Source: Glaucostegus cemiculus | Taxonomy: Eukaryota | NCBI GenBank assembly: GCA_976551045.1 | Contig: CDPCPM010000107.1 | Coordinates: forward strand, 5,642,001 to 5,706,000 | Length of the DNA stretch: 64,000 nt | Direction of reading: 5' to 3' | In this document: positions 12,567 through 25,254 of the stretch, piece after piece | Position numbering within the stretch: the stretch's first letter is position 1 | Layout of the letters: every line of letters starts with the position of its first letter | Position numbers and translations under genes: made by a program | Notes under the pieces: generated by a model | What the model saw: only the letters and a program-made list of their open reading frames with translations | Told to the model about the DNA's origin: nothing | Database searches by the model: none

Positions 12567-14880
12567 GGATTGCAATTCTTTATATATGTTCTGTGTTAAA
12601 GCCATCATATAAATGCAAATTGGTGCCATTGACTTCATATGAAGAAAGGAATTAAAGCAATTGTTTCATGTTTTCTTTCACATTGACATTATTCTATTTG
12701 CAATCACATATGAGGATAGGAGAAGGTCAGTGCAAATCAATTCCAAAGTCAAATGATACAACTAGTAGATGAAATGTTTCGCCTTCAGGCTAGTAATTCA
12801 TCTTGGAATCGGAATTAAACAGGCAGTATTGAAAAAGTCAATTCAAAGTGTAGTGTCTGACATTCAGTTATGATTCAGTCAATGGAATGAATTCTCAAGC
12901 ATTGAGTATAGTTTCAAAAGAAACCAACTCAGTGATATTGACTGAGTTGACTACTATCTCTTGCTGTCTGCATTTCCCCTATTTAGTTCTTACTGTGTTT
13001 GGTTTCTTTGTTTCTCCTTCAAAGGGAAGACAGCTATCTCAGCCTCACTGGATATATTTTTATCCCTCTCACAGTGATTTATTTTTCAATTATTTTCCCA
13101 TTTTGCATCTTTTTCCCTGTGTTTTTAGAAACAATAATAGTAAAACATTTCTGCAACATTGCCAGCACATTTTAACCAAAAATTAATCCTGTTTATATTT
13201 CTCTGTACGTCATTCAATGTTGTGAGTCCCTGTTTTTCCATTTCAAAGTAACTTTATGCTTACATTTTTAAAGCTGAACATTTAACCACAAAGCAAGCAG
13301 TGGCAAAAATGGAAGACTTTTTTTTAAATATGCTGTCAACGGCAATGACATGAATATACAACTGGATAACTACAAAGATTACAATATTAATAAGGATAAA
13401 ATATTGAATGTTCTTAGCTTTCACATTCATGCCTTTACTCCTTTCTTTGTTTCTTGCATGGCTTTTGCAAATACTGCCAGTCTCTATAGCAGCCCCCGCA
13501 TCATGCCTTCCAGTGCTCAAGTTATGTATGTCACAAGCTGAAGCTATTTATCTTACCTTCTGCACGAACTCTTTCATTTCTGTTTGAATATAGAAATGAA
13601 GGCCTCACACTGGGAAGTTGTGCTGTCAGTAAATTAACTAAAAATCTTCAAAAAAAAATTTCCCTGCACATTTCCTCGTGTCAGCACAGCTATAACCCAC
13701 CAGTGGGATCAAGACATCAGAAGGAAAAGCTAAACTTTAATCTTCTCTGCTACAAAAATACTGATAATTTAGCACTTTGGTATTTAATTATCCTTTCAAC
13801 TTCTTGGTTTTTATTTCTTTCAGACTTCTCTTTGATGCTTGCTTTCCTTTCCTCTCTCCTTGTGACTCAGCTTTACATGCTCAATGCTTTCCCCATTTTT
13901 TGCTATGCAATTTTCAGACCCTTTTCCTTTCTTTGCCCTTTGTATTGACTCTGATAAATCTTTCTCCTTCTACTCTGCACCACCTACATTTTTCACATTT
14001 CGATTTTGCATCTATTTAGCTTTTTGATTTTAATTTTCACAATCTATTTTTACATGCTACTGCTTTTGTGGTTCATTTCAGGCAAATAAATACATTCTAA
14101 TGGACATTCATGGGTAATCTTTCCAGATATTATATGGAATTCACCTCAGAAGTAGCGATTTGCCTTACTTGTCTTTACTGGAGTTCATATTCCACTGAAA
14201 CCATTTTCAGTCGGCTTTTCCTACCATCCCCTTGAATGCCATGTCCTTTGATTACTCACGTCAGCAACTTCCACACACTTCCCTATTCGTTGGGTGAAAT
14301 TTTTCTCCTGAATTCCCTGCTACAATCATTGATAGTAATGGCCTTTAATTTGCCACCTCCTCAAATGTGGAAACTTTATCTCTGCGTCATCCTATTAAAA
14401 GCCTTTCAGACCTGTAAGGACTTCAATCAGGTCAATTTTAGTTCTCCCTGCTTGTTTTTATCTCTTCATAGATTTGCATCTATATTTCTCGCTTGCGTCT
14501 CTTCCACTATATCTATAGAATAACAATGTTAGTGCAATCAATCCTTTATCTTTCATCTCCATCTTTAAGCATTCTACTTCTTCTAACACAATGATAGTTA
14601 TGTGCCTTTTTCTCTGAAATTGCTTTACCTCTGATTAGCACAATTAATCTGTCTCCCTTTTTAGCCTTGCCATCCTTCCTGAATAGGTTACAAGTTACTA
14701 GTTACATTCTAAATGCAGCTTCACCTCAGCAATCTTCTGTAATTTCTCTTTGAGTTATTTGAAGTCAAATTTTGTTTTATATCACATCTGTGAAGCACCT
14801 GGGAGCAGTTTGTTGCACTGAGGATGAAATGGGCTGTAAATTACAAGGTGCATAAAAGTATATATTGAAAAAGTACTGTC

Positions 14881-14921
14881 TGGGGGCGGGGGGCGCAGGG
14901 GGTGGGGTGCAGGGTGGAGGG
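14881..14921 (+). repeat. G-rich tract, potential G-quadruplex / GC boxes
   Basis: At least six runs of three or more G within about 40 nt. Confidence 0.6.
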
Positions 14922-15029
14922 ACGTTCCTCTACATGGCCCCCAGACCCAGATACTTTATCAGGCACAATGCACAAGGCTTGGGTAGGATAAGCCTTGCAT
15001 AGTTAAATTCTCTTCTATATTTGTCTGCC

Positions 15030-15350
15030 ACTGCAGGGATCACAGAGGAGCTGAACTTGGGACTAGGCTGGAGTCTGTGGGGGAGGAGACAAAGGGGGTT
15101 AAGGGGGTTAAGATGGGGATGGACATAAGGAGGAGAAGGTCATGGGTAGGGGAGACTGCAGAGTGGTTGGTGAGAAAAATGAAAAGAATCTCAGAGCTGT
15201 GGGAGGATGCGAAGTCAGTCTTGGAGATGGTTAAAGACTGGGAGGTTAGTTTGATGAGATAATGGATTTGGAGAGGCAAACAAAGCGGGAAGTTGAGGCT
15301 CAGGGAGATGGAAGGGAACAGTGGCTATGGATACAGAAAAAATTGGGTGG
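15030..15350 (-). mobile_element. Old L2-like LINE ORF2 remnant
   Basis: Purine-rich plus strand; degenerate peptide (ISKTDF..ILFIFLTNHSAVSP) resembles L2 ORF2. Confidence 0.4.
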
Positions 15351-15544
15351 GTAGGTTGCAAAATATGGAATCTTAAAGTAGGAACTCACGTGGAAGATGG
15401 ATGCATCGTACATACCAGCAGCGACTCAGGTAGGGTGAAGGCCTTTACATCATCTGAAAGTAGTTCTCATACTTCCAGCTAACACCCACTTTAGTTTTCC
15501 AGGTCTGCTCTGTTCATAGATGATGTAATGACAATAGAAGTTCT

Positions 15545-16190
15545 TCTTTTATTTCAAAAATAAAATCTTAATATATATACACTAAAGAATAATCAGTGCA
15601 AAACGTTTTACATTCATTGTCAATACACTCAGTAGTGTTAACTTCTTTTTTTTAAACCATAGCACCATTGCCATTTATTTGGACCCCTGGGGTTATACAT
15701 CACTTCCCCACCCGACTCAGCTCATCCATGTGTGGTCGGAAGGGGCCCAGACTGTTGTCCTTCCCCACAGAGTCTTTGCATTGGCTGCACCAAGTTTCAA
15801 TGTGTACCTCGGCACATACTCCTGCAGCCTGGAACGTGCCATTCGGCAGCATTCCCTTACAGACATCGCACTGTGCTGGAAGACCAATAAGTTTCGGGCA
15901 GACCAAAGGGTGTCTTTCATGGAGCTGACAACCTTCAGGCAGCAATTGATGTGTCTCGGTGTGTGTCTCCAGGAACAGCCAATCAGAGATTCCCCTGTTA
16001 CACAGTTGCTTGGGCTGAACTGAGATACAAACTCTTGCATCCTTCTCCACACCATCTAAGCAAATCTATGGTCTACAATGAGATGGGTGATCGTCTCTTC
16101 CCCATCACAGCTGCCCCTATGGCAACATGCATTGGGGATGATATTTCATCTGTAGAGGAAAGATCTGACTAGGAGGGCCCATCTCACCAC
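15545..16190 (-). mobile_element. Tx1-clade L1 LINE, ORF2 C-terminus and 3' UTR
   Basis: VWRRMQEFVSQF..THTET.INCC..SMKDTLWSARNLLVFQ..ECCRMARSRLQEYV..LKLGAANAKTLWGRTTV. Confidence 0.85.
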
Positions 16191-16452
16191 ACAGAAAAAA
16201 TTCATGCAAGTGATGTCAAACAATACACGTCATTTGATATTGCTGCACATACCATGTGGCCTTTGTTCACATACACGTTTTATACACAATGGACCTCATT
16301 GAGAGGCTGAGTTCTTTGAAAAAAATCCATGCTGATGGACAAATTAACATTGATTTCCAAGGCCATAATATGTAAATATGAGTTGCTGCTGTAATCCTGA
16401 CTTTAAAAGGGAGAGGAAATAGCTTAGGAGGGAGATCCACAGTTTAATTCCC

Positions 16453-17396
16453 AGACATCTAAAAACATGACTCCAATTAAATAACAGTCAATGCTTTTTT
16501 GTTGAATCAAAATATTCTTAGATCTGTTATAAATGTTTGGTTAAGATATGCAACAGAGACCAAACAGAAAGTCAATGTTAGCCTTTGTTATATTGCAAAA
16601 TATTTGGTCAGTTAGTCACATTCCTGGATCAAGAAAAGTTTCATCATACAAGGAATGTTTTGCAATAGAACTCTGATTTTAAACCACTCATGCCCAATAC
16701 AAATAACATTGGCTTAAGCTTGGCATGCTCTTGTGGCTCCACAGGAATTCAGTTCAATATCCTTTCTTCCCTAGATTTGTCTCCCTGCTGAACAAATGGA
16801 TCAGCTTGGCATTATCATGCTCAACTCAAGATGGGACAGTTCAGTGAAAACTGGAGTTATAATGACAAAGGTTTTATTTCAGTAAGGTTGATATTCAGAG
16901 CTCACACTCATCCCATCTTAAAATGTAAAGGTACAGTTAGCGGACCCCATATCTCCCATTCATTAGATTATTCAAATGCCCAGTTTAGGTACAAAAAAAC
17001 AGAGATTATGCAATGTAGAGGATACAATTTAATTCTGGGGAGAGGTTGAAGCAAACCGCTGCTGATGTTGAAACCACCAGGAGTAAAAGAGCAAAACAAA
17101 AATAATTATCCCTTCATATTATCATTTAATATTCCCTGAGGAAATGAGATGTTTGAGTTATGAATTCCTCATGTTTCATATTTCCTTCTCTCTCTAATAC
17201 CCAGTGGAATTGAATACAGTCATCACATGTTTGTAATTCTAACCATTTCTTTTCTTTCTCCAAGTGGACAAGTTTTGTTTTAAATATATACAGTATAAAT
17301 GATGTGGAAAAAGCAAAACTAAATAGAAAATAGACATCTAAAAGCATGACTTCAATTAAATAGTCAATGCTTTTTTGACGAATCAAAATATTCTTA
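16453..17396 (+). repeat. Dispersed direct repeat of about 65 bp (16453-16520 and 17332-17396)
   Basis: AGACATCTAAAA.CATGACT.CAATTAAATA..GTCAATGCTTTTTTG..GAATCAAAATATTCTTA occurs twice. Confidence 0.9.
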
Positions 17397-17749
17397 ACAA
17401 CAATGCAAAGCCTCTTCCAAAATTCCATAAATACAGTGACAAGGTTATATTCTTTCTTAAGCTCTGTAACATAATGGATCTGATTATTGTACTCTACCAG
17501 GAATAAAAAGACATTTCTAGTAATCTATTATCTACTGTTCAAGGACACAAGATGCCACAATCTTTTTGAACAGTCTGTATATGGAACCAATCTGCAATTT
17601 TGCAAACCACAAAATAAACATTTTACCAGTGCTGCTTAGAAAAGATCAGTTTTAGTTACTTTTACCAATTTTTTTCTCATAAATATGTCTCATTCTAATG
17701 ACACTTGCTGTTAACAGATGTGTTTATTGTACTGGAACTTGACCACATT

Positions 17750-18290
17750 TAATGGTGGGACCCTTGCCTCTAAATCAGAAGGTTGTGTTTCATATCTTAA
17801 TTCCGTGGCCCAATGAGAAAATTCTTGGGTGACAGTTCAGTGAGAATGTGCTAAATTGTCAAAGACCTGATGAGAAATTAAATGGAGAAATTTTTACTTT
17901 TCTAGAAGTTATCTGGTGTATCACATGATACTACTAAGGTCCACATTCACAATGTAACTCTAGGCAAGGTAGGGGATGCAATTCTGTCAATAAATAGTTT
18001 TTATTAAGTGTTTATAATTAGAATGAGAAATAGGAGTGAGGTAGTTCTAGGGAAAATGAATCACTCGGAAGTGGTGTGAAACTAGAAAGTTTTTGAAACT
18101 TTGATTTAACCAAATCATTACACAAGAATCTGTGATTATTTATCCTTGCTGTTTGTGGGATTGTGCTGTGTATGAATCAGAAGCCCTATTTCTCTACATC
18201 ACAACAGCAACGATCTAGCAAACATTTTAACTGATGATTAAATGACATGATATCTGAAAAAGGAAAAGACAATGATGTAAATTCTTTTGA
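17750..18290 (+). mobile_element. Decayed Deu-domain SINE (SacSINE1-like)
   Basis: tRNA-like head CTTGCCTCTAAATCAGAAGGTTGTG; later TTGCTGTTTGTGGGATTGTGCTGTG typical of the 3' portion. Confidence 0.55.
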
Positions 18291-18679
18291 AACTACTTTT
18301 CTATTACACTATAAAATACCAAATCAGATTTATCAAATTAGGCAATGACATAACAGAAATGCTTCCACGGTATCTCACAGCTAGGAGATTTTTTCATGTT
18401 GATTTTGTTATGTATCATACAATTTTGGCAGCAAATGATAAACTCCTGAGGTTTGGCACTGGGAAAAATGTCTTGATTTGATACCACTGGGAGAGGTTCT
18501 GGTTTAGTAGCATTTCTCTCAAGAGGAATTAAACATTTTTTTTACTAAGGAAGGATTTGTAAGGCCATGGTGGAACAGTGGGGGAGTGAGATTAATTGAA
18601 TAGCTCTCTTTGAGAGCCTGTAGAAACACAAAGTCTTCCTCCTACGCTGTAAAATTGAATCAGAAATCACAGAAGGGGA

Positions 18680-19000
18680 TATTGGCTTTGAGAGACATCA
18701 GGGAGGAAGGTAGCTCTGGCATCACTGCAGACAAGAGTAATTTGGAAAAAAAAGTTTCAAAGAAAGTTCCTCAAGAAAACTAGAGTTTGGGAGAAAGAGG
18801 TGAAGAACCAGGGAGTTGTTGACCTGGTGATCAGTTGTGAGGGAATTAGCAGTCATAGACTTAGAAGCAAGTAGCCTTGATGTATCATGAAGAAAGTCAC
18901 CTGTTCCTGCTCCCAAGTGATGCTGCAATGACATTGCCCTTACCTTCACACCTCCTTAAATCTGTCAACTTCCCAAGATCTAGAAAACAGATCTGCCACA
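18680..19000 (-). mobile_element. Old L2-like remnant
   Basis: Degenerate similarity only (FLEELSLKLFF). Confidence 0.35.
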
Positions 19001-19879
19001 AGTTAAACATGAACAGCTTGCTAAAAATAAAGGTGCTCAGCTTCCTTGAAGACTATTACTGATTGAACCACTTTCAAAGGGTTAGCAAAATAATAGCAAA
19101 TTTAACAATAATGTTCACGTCCTTGACAGAAAGCATCCAGCAACATATCACATCAAAAATTAGTTCAAAACATGAAATAGTTCAAGCTTAATATTCTATC
19201 CACTTGGAGAAGACAGTGTTGGCTATTACAAGAGGTAAAGTGAGCTTCCTTAAGTGGAATTAGTGGCCAAGTTTGAAGATAATTCAGTAATTCAGTGGTT
19301 ACTATTACTAGCAACAGGCTTGTTTTAAAAATAAGTTTCTGATATATTTAATTAATTGATGATTTCTCTGTAATGTAAAGCAGCAAAGAAAGAACATCAG
19401 TCTGAGTGTGGGCACTGAGTTATCAGAAGGGCCCAGTTAGCTCCTCTTTTCTTTCCTGATTTATTTGCAATTTTTCTCTTTTTCAAAGTTTCCATCAGAA
19501 GGCTCCTATTGAATCTGTTCCAGTACTCTACGCGGATACCAAATCTGAGCTATCATTTGCATAAAATCTCTTTTGCCTTTTTGATTTTGGAGCTGGTGTA
19601 ACCTTGGAACACTTGCTTCCTCAAGGCTTCTTTTAACACATGTAAAGATCTCTCTGCTGCTCCATTTGAAGCAGGATGGTAGAGGAATCAATGAATGTTT
19701 GATGCTGTTGCAAAGCATAAAACGCTTAAATAAATGAAAAGTCCATTGTCAAACATTAATTATTCCAGTGTTCCACGTGCACTGTAGATCCATCTCAACA
19801 TGTAGCGAGAACATTCTGTTGCCATACAAATACCTTTCTACCTGAGCAATCCATTTTGAGTGCACTTAAAGAACAAAGT

Positions 19880-20205
19880 CGGAATCTTTTTTTCCCTAGG
19901 GTAAAAATGTCGAGCACTAGAGGACATGCATTTAAGATGAGAGGGGGACTTTTCAAAGGAGATGTGCAGGGCAAGTTTTCTTTTACACAGAGAGTGGTAG
20001 GTGGCTGAAACAAGCTGCTGAGGAGAGTGGCAGAAACAGGTAAGTTAGTGGTATTTAAAAGGCTGCCAGATAGACACTTGAATATGCAGGGAATGGAGGA
20101 TATGGATCACATTCAGGCAGAAGAGATTTAGTTTAATTCAGCATCATGTTCAGAGCGGACATTGTGGACAGTAGGGCCTGTTCCTGTGCTGTACTGTTCT
20201 ATGTA
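19880..20205 (+). mobile_element. CR1 3' end
   Basis: TRGHAFK..FKGDVQGK..TQRVVG; tail CCTGTGCTGTACTGTTCTATGT. Confidence 0.88.
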
Positions 20206-20594
20206 TAAGGATATGGTCATTTCCAATTTGATAAAAAAGGCAAATAACTGTTGGTCTCATTGGAATGATAGTTTTCTGCCTTTTCCCTGGAGTTCTGGAA
20301 AGTTCCACCATGTCTAGAATAGTGAAGCACTGCTCAAAGGTAAGAAAACACTTTTTTTTTAACCTGACATTTTCTGTGATGCTGCCAATATGTTGATGTT
20401 CAAATAGCCTTTGTTGCCAATTGCAATGCCTCCCAAGATGGACTTTGTTTCTGATGGAGTTCTAGTAGGTTCTACTTACTACACCAGTTATAGGACACAA
20501 GAGTTTCAACCAAGGCTAATAATTCAACATCCAACTGCAAGGAACTCCCTTACATGAAACTCATAAGCAAGACACTGGCATCATGTCCTCTGAC

Positions 20595-20805
20595 TACAGG
20601 TCTTCCCGCAGCTTACAAACAGCCGACTTATGTACAGCCTGGGCACACAAGCATCTGGGAGACCAGCAGGTGGATATGACGGCTGGTGTGGGACTGCAGG
20701 TACCTTCCACTGTGTGTTCGTGGCCGCATTTCCAAATTGCAAACTGTTCAGGTTACAAATGGTTCACAGGAATGGGACTCTGCTGTAATCTGGAGACAAC
20801 GTGTA
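20595..20805. mobile_element. Tc1/mariner (Tigger/pogo-like) MITE, decayed copy
   Basis: Begins TACAGGT and ends GTGTA; internal similarity to 28092-28315 (CTGCAGGTA.CTTC, GCCGCATTTC, TTCACAGGAA). Confidence 0.65.
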
Positions 20806-21217
20806 CATACAAATACACCAGATTCCTAATATATTACTAAGTTTGCCTTTCATAAATCAGTGAAACCATTTCTTCCTGTTGCTTAGCCTTATTACAAGCC
20901 TCCTTCAGTGTTATAATTGTGAAGGTGTATGTTTTAGAATGAGGTCACAATTATCCCACAGTGAAGGTTGGAACTGCTTTCTTACTAGCCCCTCTGACAA
21001 CATAAGCAAGGCTCTGAGTCCTGTCAGTGTCTTGTCGATTACAAGCAATGAGACTGTTGCAGGTCCATGCACATTTTGTCTCTGCATTTTCATACTTATC
21101 ACCATAAAAACTGACCTTACCATTTTCGGAAATTAGCTATGCAGTTTGAATCTGAGAGAGAGATCCTACAGCAGAAGGAAACTGTGTTATTATGTGTTGT
21201 TATATAGTTATAATAAA

Positions 21218-21292
21218 GAACTACAGTTCCTAGTAGGCAATGCAAGGGGTCACATGGGGGAACAGGAAGTGACTGTGACTAAGCAAGTAAGC
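21218..21292 (+). promoter_or_regulatory. Promoter-like motif cluster (ZNF143/SBS-like, ETS, ARE/MARE) followed by a splice donor
   Basis: GAACTACAGTTCCTAGTAGGCAATGC; ACAGGAAGTG; TGACTAAGCA; CAA|GTAAGC. Confidence 0.45.
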
Positions 21293-22304
21293 TGTGTAAA
21301 CAAACAGAATGATTTAGCAATCTCTGGTTTTTGCAGAGATTTATCAGCAGCTGGACAGTCAAGATGCAGTGTTATAGTAAAATGTTCAGAAGTTAAAACC
21401 CATGCCAAGTTTTGTCTCTTAATGAAGAACAAACATAACAGAAACTAGGACCAATTGTATGGAAATGTAAAATGGGGTGGGTAGGTCTAATTAACTGTGG
21501 CTTCTTCCATACTTTTAGGTCACTTGTTCATCATTGGCTTAGATCCCTCCATCTCCTAGATCCCTACAGAACTTTGACCTTCCTGTTTCAATGCCATTAA
21601 CTGAATCACAAATCTTTCTTGAAAACTTGTCTGCTGTGACTCTGATCCACCATCATCACAGCCCCAACCCCTTCCCTCCCCACTGCCCCAGTGTTGCTGG
21701 CAAATTTTTCAACCAGCATTAACCTGTGCATTGGGGAGGTGGGTGGTGGTGGGGAGTGGCTGATGATGGCATTGACAGCACGAATTAAAGAAGAAAGCTT
21801 AATAGGATTTTATTGGGAACTCCAGTGAAAGAGATGGGGTAGCATTAAGAAGTGAGGGATGAGGACAAAGAAGTCTGCCAATGAAAAGCTGGAGAGATTT
21901 ATGGGTACCATTTCTTCATAAATTGGACCCAGAGGAACAAAATGCATTTGTGAGTCAGGTTCATTGTGGGAATGTCATACTTCAGATTCAAAAGCGACTC
22001 TACTTTTTGCTATGATTAAAAATGTTGATTTTGGAGTATCAAAGTGCTAAACTTGCTTTATATTTGACATATGGATTATTTTAGCTATATGGGATGATAC
22101 TAATGCACAGTTAACCCAATGTTTCCGATGCAGGAAGCACACCAGTTTCTTACCTCAGTATTTGCATGCAACACGTGTTAATCATGCCCTCTTTGGCTTA
22201 TGGCTCAATTTCATAAGGGGTCAGCGTCACTTCAAGCTGGATTACAGAGCTGTATGCCAGTCTGTAGTACCTGCTGCTTTCTGATCCAGGAGCCATACAG
22301 GAAT

Positions 22305-22530
22305 GGCAAAATGCGGAAGCAAGCAGGGTTCACAATTTTCTTGGAAACATTGGTGCAGGAAGTGGAGAGGAAGAGAGGTACCCCGCTTCCACAGTGGAGT
22401 CAACAGGACCCTCCAGGCAGACAGAGGAGGCAGGAGAATGCAGTGACTGTCAGTGCCAAGAGTTAAGTCCCAATGGCCTGGACAAAGGGTAGCAAAAATT
22501 TTAATACTTTCATTCACATGGTCAAAACCA
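22305..22530 (+). pseudogene. Harbinger transposon Myb/SANT-like DNA-binding ORF remnant
   Basis: RKQAGFT.FLETLVQEVERKR..AVTVSAKS*..WTKGSKNFNTFIHMVK resembles the Myb_DNA-bind_5/NAIF1-type domain (RF...LE.LV.EV; C.KKFNDL). Confidence 0.7.
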
Positions 22531-23799
22531 GAAAGTGTATCTTCCAGTCTCATATCACTAGCCTTAGCAACTGCTCTATGCACCCTACAAACACTCTATT
22601 GATCAGGACTCCTGACTGACGTTATGTTCTAAAGCACTTACATACACTTGGCACAGCTGCCCTCTTCCACAGTGCATCATTCAGCCAAGTTGCCTAACCA
22701 ACACAACACTTGTTAATATAGAAATATAGAGAGCTTAAGCACCTTAATTTTAGCGGTGGAGATACTCCTGTTGCATTTTTAAATAATATAGGCAGTGGTG
22801 ATGGTAATATAGGAGGTAGTTGGAGAGATGAGGCGTTCTCCCACTGGGCTGGTTTGCCTGTGCAAGGGCTATGTTTAAAAAATGATCCAATATCAAATGA
22901 GTGGATGAAGGGTTTTAGTTCTTTTGATGAAGCTAATTTTTAATCAACTCTCTGTTATTAAGAATTTATCCAGTGAAATGCACTCTTGCTCCCACGGAAC
23001 AAGGGAATATATAATTGCAAGCAGCAGCAACTAACTGGCGGGAAACAGGCGCGGCTGCATCACCTGACCACCAAGATGTCCAAAGTGAGGAGAGTGACAA
23101 TTGCTGTGCCACAACTAGCACTAGGGCTGAAACCAGAGGATGGCAGTATGCCCATACCTACTCCTACCTTCTCACAACCCATTACCTACCTTAGTCATTA
23201 ACCCCTGATGTTCAAGCTGGGAATGGTGTAAAATTGCTCCCCTTACTTGTCCTGTACCCGACTCCCCTCATTATACTGTAACTTTCTCCTTGCAATTATC
23301 CGAGAACAATCTGACCGCTTGGTGGAAGAGCAAGAGAGTGTAGGATGCATTGTCCTGGCAGCAGCTTGGCAGAGCACAGATCTGCCATCTTCTCTCAGGA
23401 GGGTGGCTTTCATGATCTCATCACTGTTGTTCTGCCTGTGTTTTTCTTGCTGCCTGCCAGCCAGTCAGCTCAGACCGCTTCCACTCATGCCAAAGGTGGT
23501 GCAGGCCATCCAGATTAAATGTCAGGAGGCTGTCCCGGCAAGGAGGTGTACAGTCCTTGAAGGTCACCTGCCTTCCATGAGCTCTGCTTCAGCCGCTGAG
23601 CTTGCACTGCCTAGGATCAGGAGCCCGGGGAGACAAAGAAGAAAGACATTCACAAGGGTGATTGGCTGGTACGTGCATGGCATGTTGTATTGTTTGATCT
23701 TTAAACTTTGTCTGAAATGTTTATTTAGTGTTAGTTTTCATTGCTAAGCAGTTGGTCAGCAACAGAGGGAGATTAAGGCATGGGGTTGTTGAAGAATGG

Positions 23800-24890
23800 A
23801 GAACAGAATTGTTTTACATTGGTATCATAGACAAATGAGTTGCTCATGAACTCCTTGGCAGAAGGGAGCCATTACAGTTGACTTCACCAACCCCCACCCC
23901 AGCAATTGTTGCCATATTAGCTGGCAGCAAGAACTGACCCCTTATGATAGCAGGGTTGTTCAACAATTGGCACAAGTCTTGATCCATTCTGCTGAGCATT
24001 GCAGGATTCCATTAGAGCAGAAGTAGCACCATGCCAGTAGACCTCACTGTATCATTTAATGTGACAGGGTGGCATTCGTTGTATGCACATTAGCCACGTA
24101 TGCACACCAGAGTCAAGAGCCACGTGACCAAGAGATGGCTCCTGTCACCCTGGAGACTCCCACTGGTTTGTTGCAGTGGCTCAAATGTAGTTGACTGAAA
24201 ACAACTTCAAGAATCCTGCCAGAACGTCAAACGTTGACACAGAAGATGCATTCGCTGTGGCAATCCAGATACGGAGTGAATGGAATCCTTTTTAGTTGAT
24301 CTCCTTCTCCAAGTTGATGTGGGTGTGTGCCCTCCTGTGAAGCAACCTGAGTGCAATTAGTGGCACCCTGAATCATTGAAAAACTTGCAATCCAAGAAAA
24401 ACTGAATGTGTATTTCACCTAACAATCGCTGGCAAAAAGAATCAATATTGTTGTCTCTCTTTGAATAGAGACCCTCCGTAATATCCCTTATTCAGTGGTA
24501 AACAAGAAACTGTCATGTTGCAAGCATCAGATGTATAAAACTGTACAGCTGTGGTCACCTTGATAGCCACTGGGTACATGACCCTTACTATGCTCTTGAG
24601 GTTGCTGTGGTAGCTGGAGCAGGCAGGAGTTCTCAGTAAGGGCATCCTTATCAAAACACAGGCACTTCACAAATGTTACCTTGCTGAGGTTAAGGTAGGA
24701 AAACTGTTCTGTAAGTAGCCTGGGTTGATGTGGCCTCCAAATGAGAGCTTTTCTCCGTCTCCTTCACCCACTCTTTCAATGGATCATCCATCCTGCAGGT
24801 AGTGAACATTGCAAAGGGGCATTTGTTGCATCTCACACTAACTGCAGCAACGTGGCAGCTTAGCTTAACTCCTGATGGAAGTACATGCAT
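23800..24890 (-). pseudogene. PIF/Harbinger (HARBI1-like) DDE transposase remnant
   Basis: Motifs in correct order across frameshifts: SYLNLS..CLCFDKDALTE; PVAIKVTTAVQFYTS; IQGATNCTQVA (GAIDCTHV); IN*KGFHSL; LQGDRSHLLVTWLLTLV (GDKGYPL..WL.TP); YNECH. Confidence 0.85.
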
Positions 24891-25254
24891 TCACAGAGTC
24901 CACCACATTCAAAATGATTTGCTACCTGTGATGCGCAAATAATATATGGTTGAAAACCAGTAGCCAATAAATTCACCCCCACTTGACAGCTCTAAGCACA
25001 TTACATAGTTGCATCAGCACATTCATTCAAATACAATGAAGCAGAGTACAAGGTGCAGACTCAAGCAGACAAAATATTTAGTCCTGACAACCGGAAAGAA
25101 TTTCTAGACAACAAAGCTCTTGTACTTAACAATATTTGTATATCAGGTTATTTTCGAACAATGGGCTTTTAAGAAGTTGCACCAGGTTTTCTTCGATTCA
25201 GTATGATGACCATCAATACAGTATATAATTCAGTTGTATTCTCTCATCTGCTAT

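Noticed and set aside
12569-12576. TGCAAT upstream of the CTCF core as the zinc finger 9-11 upstream motif
   Set aside because: Too close to the core to fit the known spacing.
13557-13640. Minus-strand donor AAG|GTAAGA with a short open frame
   Set aside because: Acceptor ambiguous, peptide unrecognised, and no compatible neighbouring exon established.
23247-23747. 166-aa plus-strand ORF
   Set aside because: Lies inside the Harbinger fossil, starts at a non-ATG codon and has no recognisable domain.
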